Part shown: positions 36,949 to 48,142 of the stretch, piece after piece
Position numbering within the stretch: the stretch's first letter is position 1
Layout: every line of letters begins with the position of its first letter
Assembly: GCA_964187785.1 (NCBI GenBank)
Contig: OZ076412.1
Coordinates: forward strand, 47,554,001-47,618,000
DNA from: Amphiscolops sp. MND2022
Taxonomy: Eukaryota
Direction of reading: 5' to 3'
Length of the DNA: 64,000 nt
Program-made: the position numbers and the translations under genes
The notes under the pieces: generated by a model
Database searches by the model: none
The model's input: only the letters and a program-made list of their open reading frames with translations
Told to the model about the DNA's origin: nothing

Positions 36949-39900
36949 CACAAAAAGATAGTGGCTTAGAAATCGAATTTCTACTAGACACTGGGGCAAC
37001 ATCTTCAATCATCAACTACAGGACCTTTAGAGAACTTTGCCAGTTTCAACAAGACCTAGAACTTAGTAGAAGCAATAACACAACACGGAACTACTCTGGG
37101 CAGATCATCCCTATGATGGGATACATCACCCTCAAACTCTACTACGATTCCGATGGACAACATAACTTCCCATTAACAGTCTGGATAACAGAGATGAAAA
37201 CCCAAAACCTCCTGGGAATGAATTTCTGCCAAGAACAAGTTAACAAAATACACTTTGATCTCCCTGGCATAGAACTCAAAAGACTTATAAATACTTTCTG
37301 CTATGGTAGCCTACAACTCAACAAATGTTACCCCTATATATCACAAATTCTCTCAGTCAGAATTCCTCACTCAATGTATATCGAACCAAAGACGACAAGA
37401 TGTTACAAATTCGCACCAGAAAACACTAATAACTCATTTCCTCCTGGATCTACGTTCCTACCGAACAGGAAGGCAGTTTCTACTGGACTTAACTTCATAA
37501 ATGTCCTCTGCACACGATTTGAGAAGACTTTACCAATCGTCATGGAAAACAACAAAAACCATACAATCACCTTAGTAAAAGGAACTATCGGATACTCAAT
37601 GCTTGACGTATTAGACCAAGAAATTCCGAAATACCAAATTAGAAACCCGACAGAACTCGCATATGCTATCCTAAACGAAAACGAAGAATACAACGACTGT
37701 TTCCTATTACACTCTACCATTCCTTCACAAGATATGAACGATTGCCTCAGAATAGAAGGAGGAAACTCGAAAACAATACTCAGCAGACCAGACCCTATCA
37801 TCATCTTCGTCCCGGCCGACCTAAAGCCAGCCAAAGGCTTCTCAAAAGAAATCCTAACGAAAATACCTTCACTTAAGGATACATGCGCAAAACAGAAACC
37901 ACAGAAAGGAGAAACCATACCCTACTGGGACGAAACTCTGAAAAGATTTATATATGTTCTGATTACGAAAGCAAAATCAAAAGACAAGATTGACCCACAA
38001 TTACTAGTTCAATCTCTCGAAACTCTAAAAGCACACGCCAAAATGAGCGGCATCAAAACTATATCCATGCTACGGGAAGCCTCAGAGCTAGAAGACTTCC
38101 AATGGCAAGACGTCACTCAACTCATTCAAGACGTATTTGCATACTCAGAAATACAACTCCGAATTTATACAAGAAACGAACTAGATGTCTATGCCATGAC
38201 TACAAGAGGAGACCCCGAATACGTACTAGAAGATGAGATACAACAATTTTCCGAGCAATTTCATCTCAAACATAGAGAGCTGGAGACAGACTTCACAAGC
38301 GACGCAAAGTCCTGTCAACCACCCTGCGATGAGCAATTTAAAATCTTCAGGCCAAAAGAAGACAACGAACGACTGATCGAGTACTACCTTCAGTATCAAA
38401 ATAAAGAAGCAGTGCGATACATTAAAGAATTCGACTTTCGCTACTCAGACCTCACAGACGAAGAACTGGTTCTCCTAATAGACTTACTAATGGACGCAAG
38501 AGATGTATACTCCCAACACAAATTTGACGTAGGGAAAACCAGACAAAAATTTAACATTAAACTAGAACCTGGAGCAATTCTAAAGAGACAGAGACCCAGC
38601 AAAGTACCACTTCACCTACGAGAAAAGCTAGAGAAGCTACTCACACAACTCAAAGACGCTGATATCATCAGAGAAATGGGCGACGATGAAGAAATGGGAT
38701 CCTTATTTGTGAATCCTATTATACTACAACCAAAACATGACTATGTCAAGCTGATCATAGATGCGAGATATCTAAACTCGGTGACAGATCTAACAAATTA
38801 TTCCTGGCCCTTAGAACCGATCCAAACCATAATGACACTAATAAATGGAAACATCTTCTCAGTAAGTGATCTCTCCTGTGCATTTCACCAAGTCCCATTA
38901 GACGAGCCCACGCAAAAACTCACCAGCTTCATCATTGGCGGAAAACAATACACCTTCACCAGGGGATTCTATGGACTCAAGGGATTACCAAGCTTCTTTA
39001 GCAGAATGATGACTATCCACTTCGAACCCCTCATCAAAAGGAAACAGGCAATTACATACATCGACGACACGTTGATGCAAGCCAAAAACAAACAAGAAAT
39101 GTTCACGGTAATTCAAGAATACCATTACTTACTGCGGAAAGCCGGACTCAAGGCAGCACCAGATAAGACACTCTTCTTCTTAAGGAAAGTCAAGTTTTTG
39201 GGACACGTGATAGCAGCCGAAGGAATACAACCCGTCGCAAAACGAGTAAAAGACCTACACAATCTCAAATCACCAAAGACCAAAACCGAAGTGAAAAGCT
39301 TCTTAGGAGCTTTGGGCTTCTATAGCTGCTACATCAAGAATCTTCATGTAGATAGTCGACCTTTTTACGAACTCACCAAGAAAGATACAAATGTTTGCTG
39401 GAACCAAGAACACGAAGACCTTTTCCAGGAAATAAAGAAAAGAATTACCGAAGACACAGTGCTCGCAATACCCTCGACAAAATACCCCTTTCACATACAC
39501 GTCGACTCGTCAAACGTTGGGACAGGATGTATCCTCATCCAACAATTCCCAGAAGGGAAACGGATCATTTCCTTCAACTCAAGAGTTTTCGCAAAGGAAG
39601 AACAAAAGATGTCCACACTACACAGAGAATTATGTGGCATAGTCTCAGCTCTTCAGACGTATGAACACTACATCATCGGATCTCCCTTCCCCATCTATCT
39701 ATACTGCGATCACAAGCCGATTCTTTATCTCTGGGGAAGAAAGGGACAAATTTCACCCCGTTTTTTTAGGTACCAAGTAATTATATCTAAATTCCCGAAT
39801 CTCAAGATAATTTGGACTCCAGGAAGCAACCTAGCCTTCCCTGATATACTCAGTCGAAACGTCTCCATCGAGGAACACAAGAAACATCAACTCAGTCACA

Positions 39901-42368
39901 AAGTCATCCCAACTGACATACACTTTTTCGACGAACATGGAACCCAAGTACACTACAAAATCAAACACGAAGAAAATGAAGAGACATCCAAGAACGACTT
40001 TTACCCCATCTTGTACGAGAAGGGAAAAGAACGGAAAGTACTTCATCTCCAAAATGATGGGAATAACTTCACAGTTAACTCTATCTACGAGGAACCTAAC
40101 CTGCCGAAAGTAGAGTCAGCACAGAGTTGCCTCGACGCTGGAAGAGAACTTGGAAAATTCGAAGAACTAAGAATCAGGTCAGGAACACGGGATAGCACTT
40201 CGGATTTATCACAAAACACTTACAGCTCCATCAACAGTGATACGGATGACGAAGCCCTCACAGACAATCAGAGTCAAGAAATAAACGAGACCAACTACGA
40301 GCTCAACACAGAAGATCCCATCGCACGTAACCCAAGTCTTCCCAAAAACGCGAAGGCAATAGAACACCTCGATCTACCTACAAATTCAACTGAAAAACAA
40401 AAGACACCAACACAGGAACTTGTCAGACAACTTGATAAACTATCCAAAGAAGTAGAACTAAACGTTACAACGATCTTACAAGAACAAATAAATGACCCGG
40501 TACTCAGCGTGGTCAGACAATGGGCAAGAACAGGAAACAAACCCGAACCAAAATCACCAGAGTTACAACACTCAAAAGGCCTCATGCGTTACTTTCAGGA
40601 ATTCGACAGATTATCTATAGAAGGCCAAGGAAACCTCCTCTGTTATAACGAGCCAACTGATGACCCAACAGACGAGAATCTGAGAATCTGTCTACCTCTC
40701 TCTCTATTTTTAGCTTGCTTTCGTATGGGACATTACAACGACCTCGGCGGCCACATGGGAGCAGAAAAGACCTTCCTCAATGCTAAGAGATTTTACTACT
40801 GGCCAGGGATGCACAACTGGATCTGAGCCCTAACACAAGATTGTGTTAGCTGCCAATCTAACAAATCCAAACAACGGAGAAACAACGAAGTCCCACTGGA
40901 AGACTGCGAAACCGAAACTCAAGTATTCAGAACCATCCACATTGATCACAAAGGACCACTCAATCCTCCCAGTCGTGGAAATTCACATTGCCTTCTGATC
41001 ATCGACGCCTTCTCACGTTACCTGATGGCATACCCAGTCAGAGACACAGGAGCACAATCTACAATCAATGCGATGGAAAAATGGATTATGCACTATGGCA
41101 TCCCTCAATCTATCGTACATGATAGAGGAACAGCTTTCGTGAACACTGAATTCGTCAATTGGACTAAAGAGTTTGGCATTACACTTCGACCAAGAACCGC
41201 ACACTCACCCTGGACAAATGGCAAAGTAGAAACTCAAAATCAACACATTGCAAGATACTGGAGAAACTTCCTAAACGAATCAGGAAACAACTGGGCCCAA
41301 CTAGCTGCCAAATTTGCATTCGCCCACAACACAAGCGTCAACTACACGACTGGAAAGTTCCCCTACGAGATAGTGTTTTGCAATAAACCACTGATACCTA
41401 TGAGTCTGAAGCTGGGACTCTACAGGAACAAAAACAAGAACTGCAAATCACAATTCTGTCAAGGATTACCTCCTCATTGCCATAGCAAAAACCAAGTCAA
41501 AAACGAACTACTAAATGGACTATTACGACCACAACTATCACAAAGCTTATTGGAACGAGAAACAGCCTTCAAAAAGGTCTACTCATCCACATATGAAAAG
41601 TGCAGAAAACAAACAGCTCAATCACACGCCTACAGGAACAGATTTAAACTTGGGAACCACCTCAACATTGGACAAAAGGTTCTGCTAGAGAACCATCGAA
41701 AAGACCTCTCCAAAAGCCAAAAACTCCAACAACTGCGACTAGGACCCTTTACGATTACCAAACGAATTACAAATACAACTTACCAAATAATGGAAGATCA
41801 AAACCCCGAGAATCTCCGAACTGTACATAGGAACCATCTAATAGAATACTTTCCTAAAGAAGAAACACTCCCCCCTCTTATCGAAGAATACACTACTCCC
41901 CACCGTGGAGACACGGATTTTTATAACAATCTTGTCAAAGGAAGAATTGAACAACTTAATGTTTCAGAACCACAAAAACTCGGAGACCTCTGCATATTGC
42001 CAGTACGGAATCAACAAAACCAAATACTTGCCCGCAAAAGAACGCAAACCCCCCAGAGCACAGACTCTGGTATCATCTCTCCAGAAAATCAGTTGTTGTC
42101 AACTCCCAAGACTCCCGATCAGCCTTCGACATCACATCCTCAAAACGCAGCAACCCCTATCCTGACGTTAACTCAACGTCAACCAACTCCAGCACCCCCA
42201 ACTAACACCCCGGCATCGTCTACCAAGTCAACGACTCCCTTGCAAGAGTTACGAAAGGCTGTTGCCCGCCAAATAGAGAGAAATCCACGTTATCAGCGAG
42301 CACAACCCAATCAACCAGCACGACAGTCCATACTTCGTGAAAGGACTAGAATTGGTTACAAAGAATAA
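36864..42368 (+). CDS. pol: Element 2 Pol: protease, dUTPase-like remnant, macrodomain, RT, RNase H, integrase; one in-frame TGA at 40824-40826
   Basis: DTG (PR), YIDDTL (RT), HVDSS...RELCG...YCDHKP (RNase H), HMG...DCVSC plus IDHKG / HDRGTAF / VETQN (IN). ORFs 37113 and 41025 are in the same frame, separated only by the TGA. Confidence 0.95.
37770..38170 (+). other. TARG1/OARD1-like macrodomain embedded in Pol between PR and RT
   Basis: RFIYVLITKAKSKDK...SLETLKAHAKMSGIKTISM...FQWQDVTQLIQDVFAYSEIQLRIY parallels human OARD1 RYIYYLITKKRASHK...SLEAMKSHCLKNGVTDLSM...[24 protein letters not shown] (recalled sequence). Confidence 0.85.
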
Positions 42369-42375
42369 AGTTACT

Positions 42376-42639
42376 ATGCCGTGCCATAAAGTCTATCTAA
42401 ACTTGCCTTGGCAAGTCCCGCGAGAACTCCAGTCCTTAGGAATTCTGCAGGTTACGATTACTAAAATCTACTGGACCTACAAAAACAAAATAGTTAGAAT
42501 TTGTTTCTACTCCAACGACCCAGATCCTAGCCCACATAAACAACCTACGCCTAGAAAATCTAACCTTCATATACACCCAGAATCACCTACTTTCGCCTGC
42601 TTATATCAACACAGCCTATTATGCCGTCACCCACCATGA
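42376..42639 (+). CDS. Hypothetical 87-aa ORF immediately after pol
   Basis: ATG 8 nt after the pol stop, with the same A/C-rich sense bias as the element's genes. No homology recognised. Confidence 0.35.
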   Translation: MPCHKVYLNLPWQVPRELQSLGILQVTITKIYWTYKNKIVRICFYSNDPDPSPHKQPTPRKSNLHIHPESPTFACLYQHSLLCRHPP

Positions 42640-42929
42640 CCCTATCCTAGAGGAACTACTATCCTACATGCCTACCCTGATACCTGACCTACAACCTTCA
42701 TTACCTAACACACAAAAAGACTTATTCTGCTGTTCTACTATCTCCTCGCCTAGCTCCTAGCCGGATATTACCGCTTATTCGAAAAAAAAATATTATCTTT
42801 ATTATTATTATTATTATTAGACTTTTTATCTATACAATTTGTGCAACCCCGAGAAGGAACTTACGAAAAGCAGCAAACACAAAAGCGTAGAAAAATAAAG
42901 TATTTCCTGGAGATGAGAGGCAATAATGC

Positions 42930-43625
42930 CTACTCAATCTCCAGGAAACCTCCCTTCTCTGCAAGTCGCCGCAGCTGAGCCGCCCGCTCCCCCATTGTCC
43001 ACAATGAATAGAGGCGGGTCCACTGACCCCTCTCAAAACTAGTCAGCTGCGAGTAGCCACTTATGTAGGCTCGCAGCTGGAAGACGACTATTTCGCCGAG
43101 AGAGGACAGGAGAGTCTGCTCCCAACGGGCCCCCCAGTTAGCCCGCAAGAAACTAGTTAGAGCATTTGGACCGGGAGGCCCAGAAACAGAAAACCCGGGG
43201 GTACCCTGAAGGGAACTAGTTAATGAAGCCCAGTTTTCTAGGCGGTCGATATCCCTATGGGTAAATAAACCCATAAAACTTTGATCCCCCGGGCTCTCCA
43301 AAACACCCTGCGAGATGGTAGAGGGAGCTTGCGGAAAAGGGCCACTAGTCCTCGGGGCCACAAACGCCACAAAAGACCCACCCCCAGAGGTCCCTGCCTG
43401 AGAACCTGATGACGCGGGAGCAGAAGAACTGGTGCGCGCTCCGCTCGACGAGGACGGCCCAGCTGACGACGACGATTGTGGCGGCAAAGAGGTAGCGGCA
43501 GTGCCCGACACAGACCCTGGAGCAGTAGTCTCCTCATCGGTCGAGGATTCTTCGTAATAGTCGCTATAGTTGTTGTTGTTGTTGTTGCTCATCCCTAAAT
43601 ACAAATTTGATTTATTTAAAGTCAT
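42930..43625 (-). CDS. Antisense accessory ORF of element 2 (220-231 aa; S/G/P-rich N-half, W-rich helical C-half)
   Basis: Intact ORF in a locally GC-rich island. Minus-strand TATAAA 43639-43634 upstream of ATG 43592, and minus-strand AATAAA 42803-42798 downstream. Confidence 0.65.
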   Translation of the reverse strand: MTLNKSNLYLGMSNNNNNNYSDYYEESSTDEETTAPGSVSGTAATSLPPQSSSSAGPSSSSGARTSSSAPASSGSQAGTSGGGSFVAFVAPRTSGPFPQAPSTISQGVLESPGDQSFMGLFTHRDIDRLENWASLTSSLQGTPGFSVSGPPGPNALTSFLRANWGARWEQTLLSSLGEIVVFQLRAYISGYSQLTSFERGQWTRLYSLWTMGERAAQLRRLAEKGGFLEIE

Positions 43626-44087
43626 GCAAAATGTTTATAATTATTGATCGAAGTCAACCATATATGTATCACTATTCAACTTAGTCATCAGATATAAAAT
43701 ATAATATCCTACCCGGACATTTGTCTAGTTTACTACGACGACTCATGAAGTCGTAATCCTCTCTCCTCTACAAATACCCCCAAAAACGCAATGAAATAAC
43801 TGATGATTCCATTCTCAGATTTGCTATGTTTGATGCACACACGCCACAAGGCATAACAGCTCACTGATGATCATAATATTCAAAATTGACAACCGACTTT
43901 CCCAGATAACTGATATTCAGAAGGAACCCTCAACACAGAACATAATCATACAAGCCTAAGCAATCGCAGAAGAAGAGAGTGAAACCTACACGTGTGTGCC
44001 AGCATCACCTATCTACCCACTACTGGAGAGTCTACTATATAATAACACACCTACCGAAGTCTTCACAAGAGCCAAGTCAGTCCTTTA

Positions 44088-44483
44088 ATGTCCTCTCCCG
44101 CAGTTGCCGTATTTCGAGGAAATAAGTACTACTTCCACACTCAATTTCAACCTCCGGTTCCTTGGAAACCCATACAACTCACGGGTGAATACGAAATACA
44201 GTCAATCTTTTACGAGATCACTACCTCGGCGATACAAGTCCGTATACTCACACCAGAAGACAAAGAAGCACTTGTCCTCTTCCCTATTCACTTCGGGTCC
44301 AAGGAATACGCCTACCTATTCCTATCGTTCCAACAATACATACTCCAACACCCCGCCGTCCTTAAAGACAAGGCTTTCGACGACTTGGTTTATTTTATGG
44401 ATATCACCCTAGTAACTAACCCCTTTGAAGAAGAGGTTAGAATCAAATATCTTCACACCCTAGTTGAGACCTATGATGTTTAA
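44088..44483 (+). CDS. Hypothetical accessory protein (131 aa)
   Basis: Intact ORF with globular-looking composition. The ATG overlaps an upstream TAA (TAATG 44086-44090). Confidence 0.55.
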   Translation: MSSPAVAVFRGNKYYFHTQFQPPVPWKPIQLTGEYEIQSIFYEITTSAIQVRILTPEDKEALVLFPIHFGSKEYAYLFLSFQQYILQHPAVLKDKAFDDLVYFMDITLVTNPFEEEVRIKYLHTLVETYDV

Positions 44484-44817
44484 AATACAACTCAAATTCC
44501 TCTGGCGTCACCCGGAAACAAACACACTTCTTGAGATCCTCTCTATAGCCTGGAAAGAGAGCGCCCCCGCACTTCAGATTGAACTCCACAGCCTCCGACC
44601 ACATCAAACGGGACATTGGCTCATCCCTGTCGCCACAGACTCGACAGAAGCAGCAGATCTTGCGAAGGCGCTAACCGACTACAGGGAGATCGCTTACTTA
44701 GATCACGTTCACCCTCTGACCCTTCATCTCCTCAGCAAGTTAATCGATTTCCTCGACGCTCAGAGACGTAACAAACACTCTCCCAGTCTAAAATCAATCA
44801 GTGATAACTACAGCTGA
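44473..44817 (+). CDS. Hypothetical accessory protein (about 114 aa)
   Basis: ATG ATG at 44473/44476 overlaps the end of the previous ORF. Intact reading frame. Confidence 0.5.
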   Translation: MMFKIQLKFLWRHPETNTLLEILSIAWKESAPALQIELHSLRPHQTGHWLIPVATDSTEAADLAKALTDYREIAYLDHVHPLTLHLLSKLIDFLDAQRRNKHSPSLKSISDNYS

Positions 44818-44876
44818 ACCTTCACAGATGGTTGAAGTTAGTTTCTTTTACTATTTTTCTTCGGGCACTCTTTGAA

Positions 44877-45298
44877 TAGTAGTGAGGTTACTACTATAAA
44901 ATTTTAACCTCCGCTTAGTGTCGTGCCAGCTAAGCTGCCGGTTTGATATTACGGCTTGCCTTTTTACGGCCTTATTTCAGGATCCATAACATTAAACTAA
45001 ACTAAAAGACAAATAAACTTCTCCTTCTCTTAGGTACGTGTGAACAGTAGTGAGGTTACTACTATAAAATTTAAACCTCCGCTTAGTGTTGTACCAGCTA
45101 AGCTGCCGGTTTGATATTACGGCTTGCCTTTTTACGGCCTTACTCCGAAACCTATACTTTAAACAAAAAAACAACAATCTTTCCATAAGGCACTTTCCAA
45201 TAGTAGTGAGGTTACTACTATAAAATTTTAACCTCCGCTTAGTGTCGTGCCAGCTAAGCTGCCGGTTTGATATTACGGCTTGCCTTTTTACGGCCTTA
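44877..45298 (+). repeat. Three spaced copies of a 98-nt structured element (44877-44974, 45045-45142, 45201-45298)
   Basis: Copies 1 and 3 are identical and copy 2 differs at 4 nt. Each copy has TAGTAGT/ACTACTA, GAGGTT/AACCTC, GCTTAG/CTAAGC and GCCG/CGGC complementary pairs. Confidence 0.92.
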
Positions 45299-45366
45299 CC
45301 GTGGATCCACATATCTATAAAGAACATTTTTCCTGATTGATTGTCAAAGACTGAAGAATTTCAGAA

Positions 45367-47514
45367 ATGAAATTATTTTACTTACTCTTTTTATGCGCCC
45401 ATTACGCGCCCGTTGTGATATTACAACGTCCAACGCCAAACCTCGCTAGCGTTGCTAAAAAACTGCGAGTAACTCATTTCGACTGCGGCGAAATGACCCA
45501 AAATAAACTCTACGCATTGAATCAAGTTGAACAATGCAATGTGGCACCTGAAAACTTAGAGGTAAGTCGTGCGAGCGTAACGTTATACACTAAACATTTC
45601 CGCCGCACTATCAACGCCACTATGTGCCGTGTGAAACATCAGAGTGAAGAATGGCATTGTGGTTATCACGACCACTCCAGTATGTCAATCCTACACGACG
45701 GAATCACCAACGATCTTTCCCTGTCACCCGAAACCTGCAAGGCAATGGGTGAAGGCAAAGAAGTCATAATCCATGGACAACCCCTCAAATTTAAGAAAGG
45801 AGTGAAACAAATACAGACGAGAAACGCCAAATACGGAAAGAGTTGGGACGGTGTACGCGACCCAGATACCCGAAATGAATGCAAGACAGGTGGCTGGATC
45901 AAAAGAGAAACATTCGAATCTCACATCCAAGATGCTGAATTATCAGTAAAAACTCGAGATGGAAAAGTCCTGACTCCGTTTCAGATGGTCCTTCCCTGCC
46001 CCTTAGAACAACTAGGTTGCGAAACGACGTCACTGGACCCATACGCCTACACATGGGCGGAGCCCGATAATTGCGTGCTTGCAGTACATAGGAAAGAAAT
46101 CGTGAACATGATCAAACACGGATCTAACTACTATATTGTAAGCGGCAACGACTCCACTACCAAATTTTTATTCGAAGTCTACAACAGACCACAAAAGTAT
46201 TGCAACAAACCAGACGATGTATACCCGACCAACTACGAATCCCTGTACGTTTCAATCCAACTTGGTGGCTTCGACATGACGTCCGGCAGACGACTCGGCA
46301 TCTCCATGGGAGAGACATCTAAACTACAATATTATTCACCCGAAGATGGTTCTGGTAATGGCCGAATCCACCTCTTTTGAGGCCCGAGCGACCCCAACCC
46401 TAATACACCTCATTACCTCAACATGGATTACGAGTTACACCAAGGGACAAAGCTTGATTATCTCTTCTTTGAGAGCACTCGTCTCCTCGAAGCTTCAGAA
46501 ATCCAGCTCCTCAAAGCACAATGCGAACAAGAAAGAACTCAAATCCTTACTATTTTGATGCTATCAATGGAAAATCCTCGCCTCGCCGGATACATGCTCA
46601 CGGGAAATCGCTCAATGTTCCTGAACACAGATGGCAGCCTCGCTTGGCTCTACCACTGTCCGGAATCCCACTCACCTCTTCACACGATGAACCGATGCTA
46701 CGACCGCATACCCATCTTCTACAAAGGAGTGGTTGCCTTCGTGGACCCAATCACCCGACAGACCTATCCTAACGCGAACGCCCAAAATTGCAGCGATCGC
46801 ATTAAGAACCTCTTTCAATTGGATATGGAAGACAAAGACTCCTGGTTTACCCTCACTCCTTCACCCGAACATCGCGACCGACCTGCTATCTTCGGACCCA
46901 AAGACATACAACCAATGATTACTAGATCCTTCCCTGGTTCACAAGACGCGGGAATGTACACGCCTAAACAACTCTCAGAATTTTGGGACAACATCCTCAT
47001 CAGCGCAGCGTCTCGCAACGCCCTCCAGAAGTTCTCACGAGAGCTCATCACACCCTCAATGGCCCATAGTGGACCTGAATCATTCGCGTATTATGCACCC
47101 CGTACCGATTTTTATGTTGACGGCATGATATCACCCGGTTACTTCAAAAATCAGTTCCTTGAAACATTCGGAAGTATATCTTACGTACTAGAACTTTGCG
47201 GCGCGTATTTTGGCGCCTTTCTTTTCATTAAGTTCGTAATAGATATCACGGTACTCGTCTTCCGATACTTTGAACTTCGTCACCTTACAGGTAATACACT
47301 GAGCTTCACTAAAACATTGCTCAGTGCTTCGTACAATCTTTTCTTTACCTCAGTTTTAACTTCTGTATTCACCCCGCGGGCCCCTTACGAGGATAGCGTT
47401 GAAGATAAAAACGCGAAAACTGAAGATAATGGAAAAGAAGTAGAACTCCAAGCACTGAAGAATAAGGAAGAATCACTTTATCCCTCAGTACAGAGCTTCG
47501 TAGCTCCAATATAA
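45367..47514 (+). CDS. env: Envelope glycoprotein (about 715 aa), class III (herpesvirus gB / chuvirus G-like) by motif; one in-frame TGA at 46378-46380
   Basis: Signal peptide MKLFYLLFLCAHYAPVVIL, N-terminal FDC...C...TMCRV...WHCG pattern, Cys-rich ectodomain, C-terminal TM (VLELCGAYFGAFLFIKFVIDITVLVF). ORFs 45367 and 46423 are in the same frame. Confidence 0.85.
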
Positions 47515-47560
47515 AGCCAAAAACATTTTCAAGTTCATTCATTCATTAGTTTACTTTTAG

Positions 47561-48142
47561 AATCTAGAACCACTATTCGACCTACCAAGCCTGGACGACG
47601 ATACCCTGGATCCTATCCCAGAAAGTGACCTAGAAATCGAACCACTATCTCCTTCAGACTTTTTGACACCAGACTCGTCTACAACAATTACCTTTCTTCC
47701 AGACCCTCCTGACTCAACGGTCCCATCATCACCCTCAAAATCTCCAACTCCAACTTTCACACCTACGCCATCCGACCAACTCCCCTTTCCTTTGTCATTC
47801 ACAGGAGACATACCACCAATCCCGTCCGCACAACATCCTCCTAGATTTGGTGGAAAGGACATCAGAAGAAACACACCACAAAAACACTATTACGAATGGA
47901 ACAACAAGATAGCCGATGAAGCACCCTTACAGAAGCAACATAAAAGGGAATACTTCACTAGAAGAGCCAGATACGTTAAAAAACCTAGATTTAACGCGAA
48001 CCTAAAGTATTCTCTACTCCCACAGTTTTCAACCTGGAAAATCGTCTTTTGGGACAACAAAAGACAAGAATACACTATTGAGAACCCTGCACTGAAGGGA
48101 CAGCGGCTGACAGTTCCCTTAAGATCCATATCTGCACAATGA
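47561..48142 (+). CDS. ATG-less ORF (about 193 aa; acidic then P/S/T-rich then basic) starting at a splice acceptor
   Basis: The frame is open from 47561, immediately after TTACTTTTAG (47551-47560). No upstream in-frame ATG. Confidence 0.5.
   Translation, partial: NLEPLFDLPSLDDDTLDPIPESDLEIEPLSPSDFLTPDSSTTITFLPDPPDSTVPSSPSKSPTPTFTPTPSDQLPFPLSFTGDIPPIPSAQHPPRFGGKDIRRNTPQKHYYEWNNKIADEAPLQKQHKREYFTRRARYVKKPRFNANLKYSLLPQFSTWKIVFWDNKRQEYTIENPALKGQRLTVPLRSISAQ

Noticed and set aside
35595-41204. Minus-strand and alternate-frame ORFs overlapping gag and pol (likewise in element 1, env and the cargo gene)
   Set aside because: Shadow frames of long coding sequence with biased composition.
42636-42650. 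ATGA stop-start overlap with a good Kozak context after the 87-aa ORF
   Set aside because: The downstream frame closes after 4 codons.
44877-44974. Resemblance of the 98-nt repeat to let-7 (TGAGGT), pistol, twister, hammerhead or HDV ribozymes
   Set aside because: No full let-7 seed match (CTACCTC). The linker is too short for the pistol P2 and the recalled catalytic core motifs are missing.
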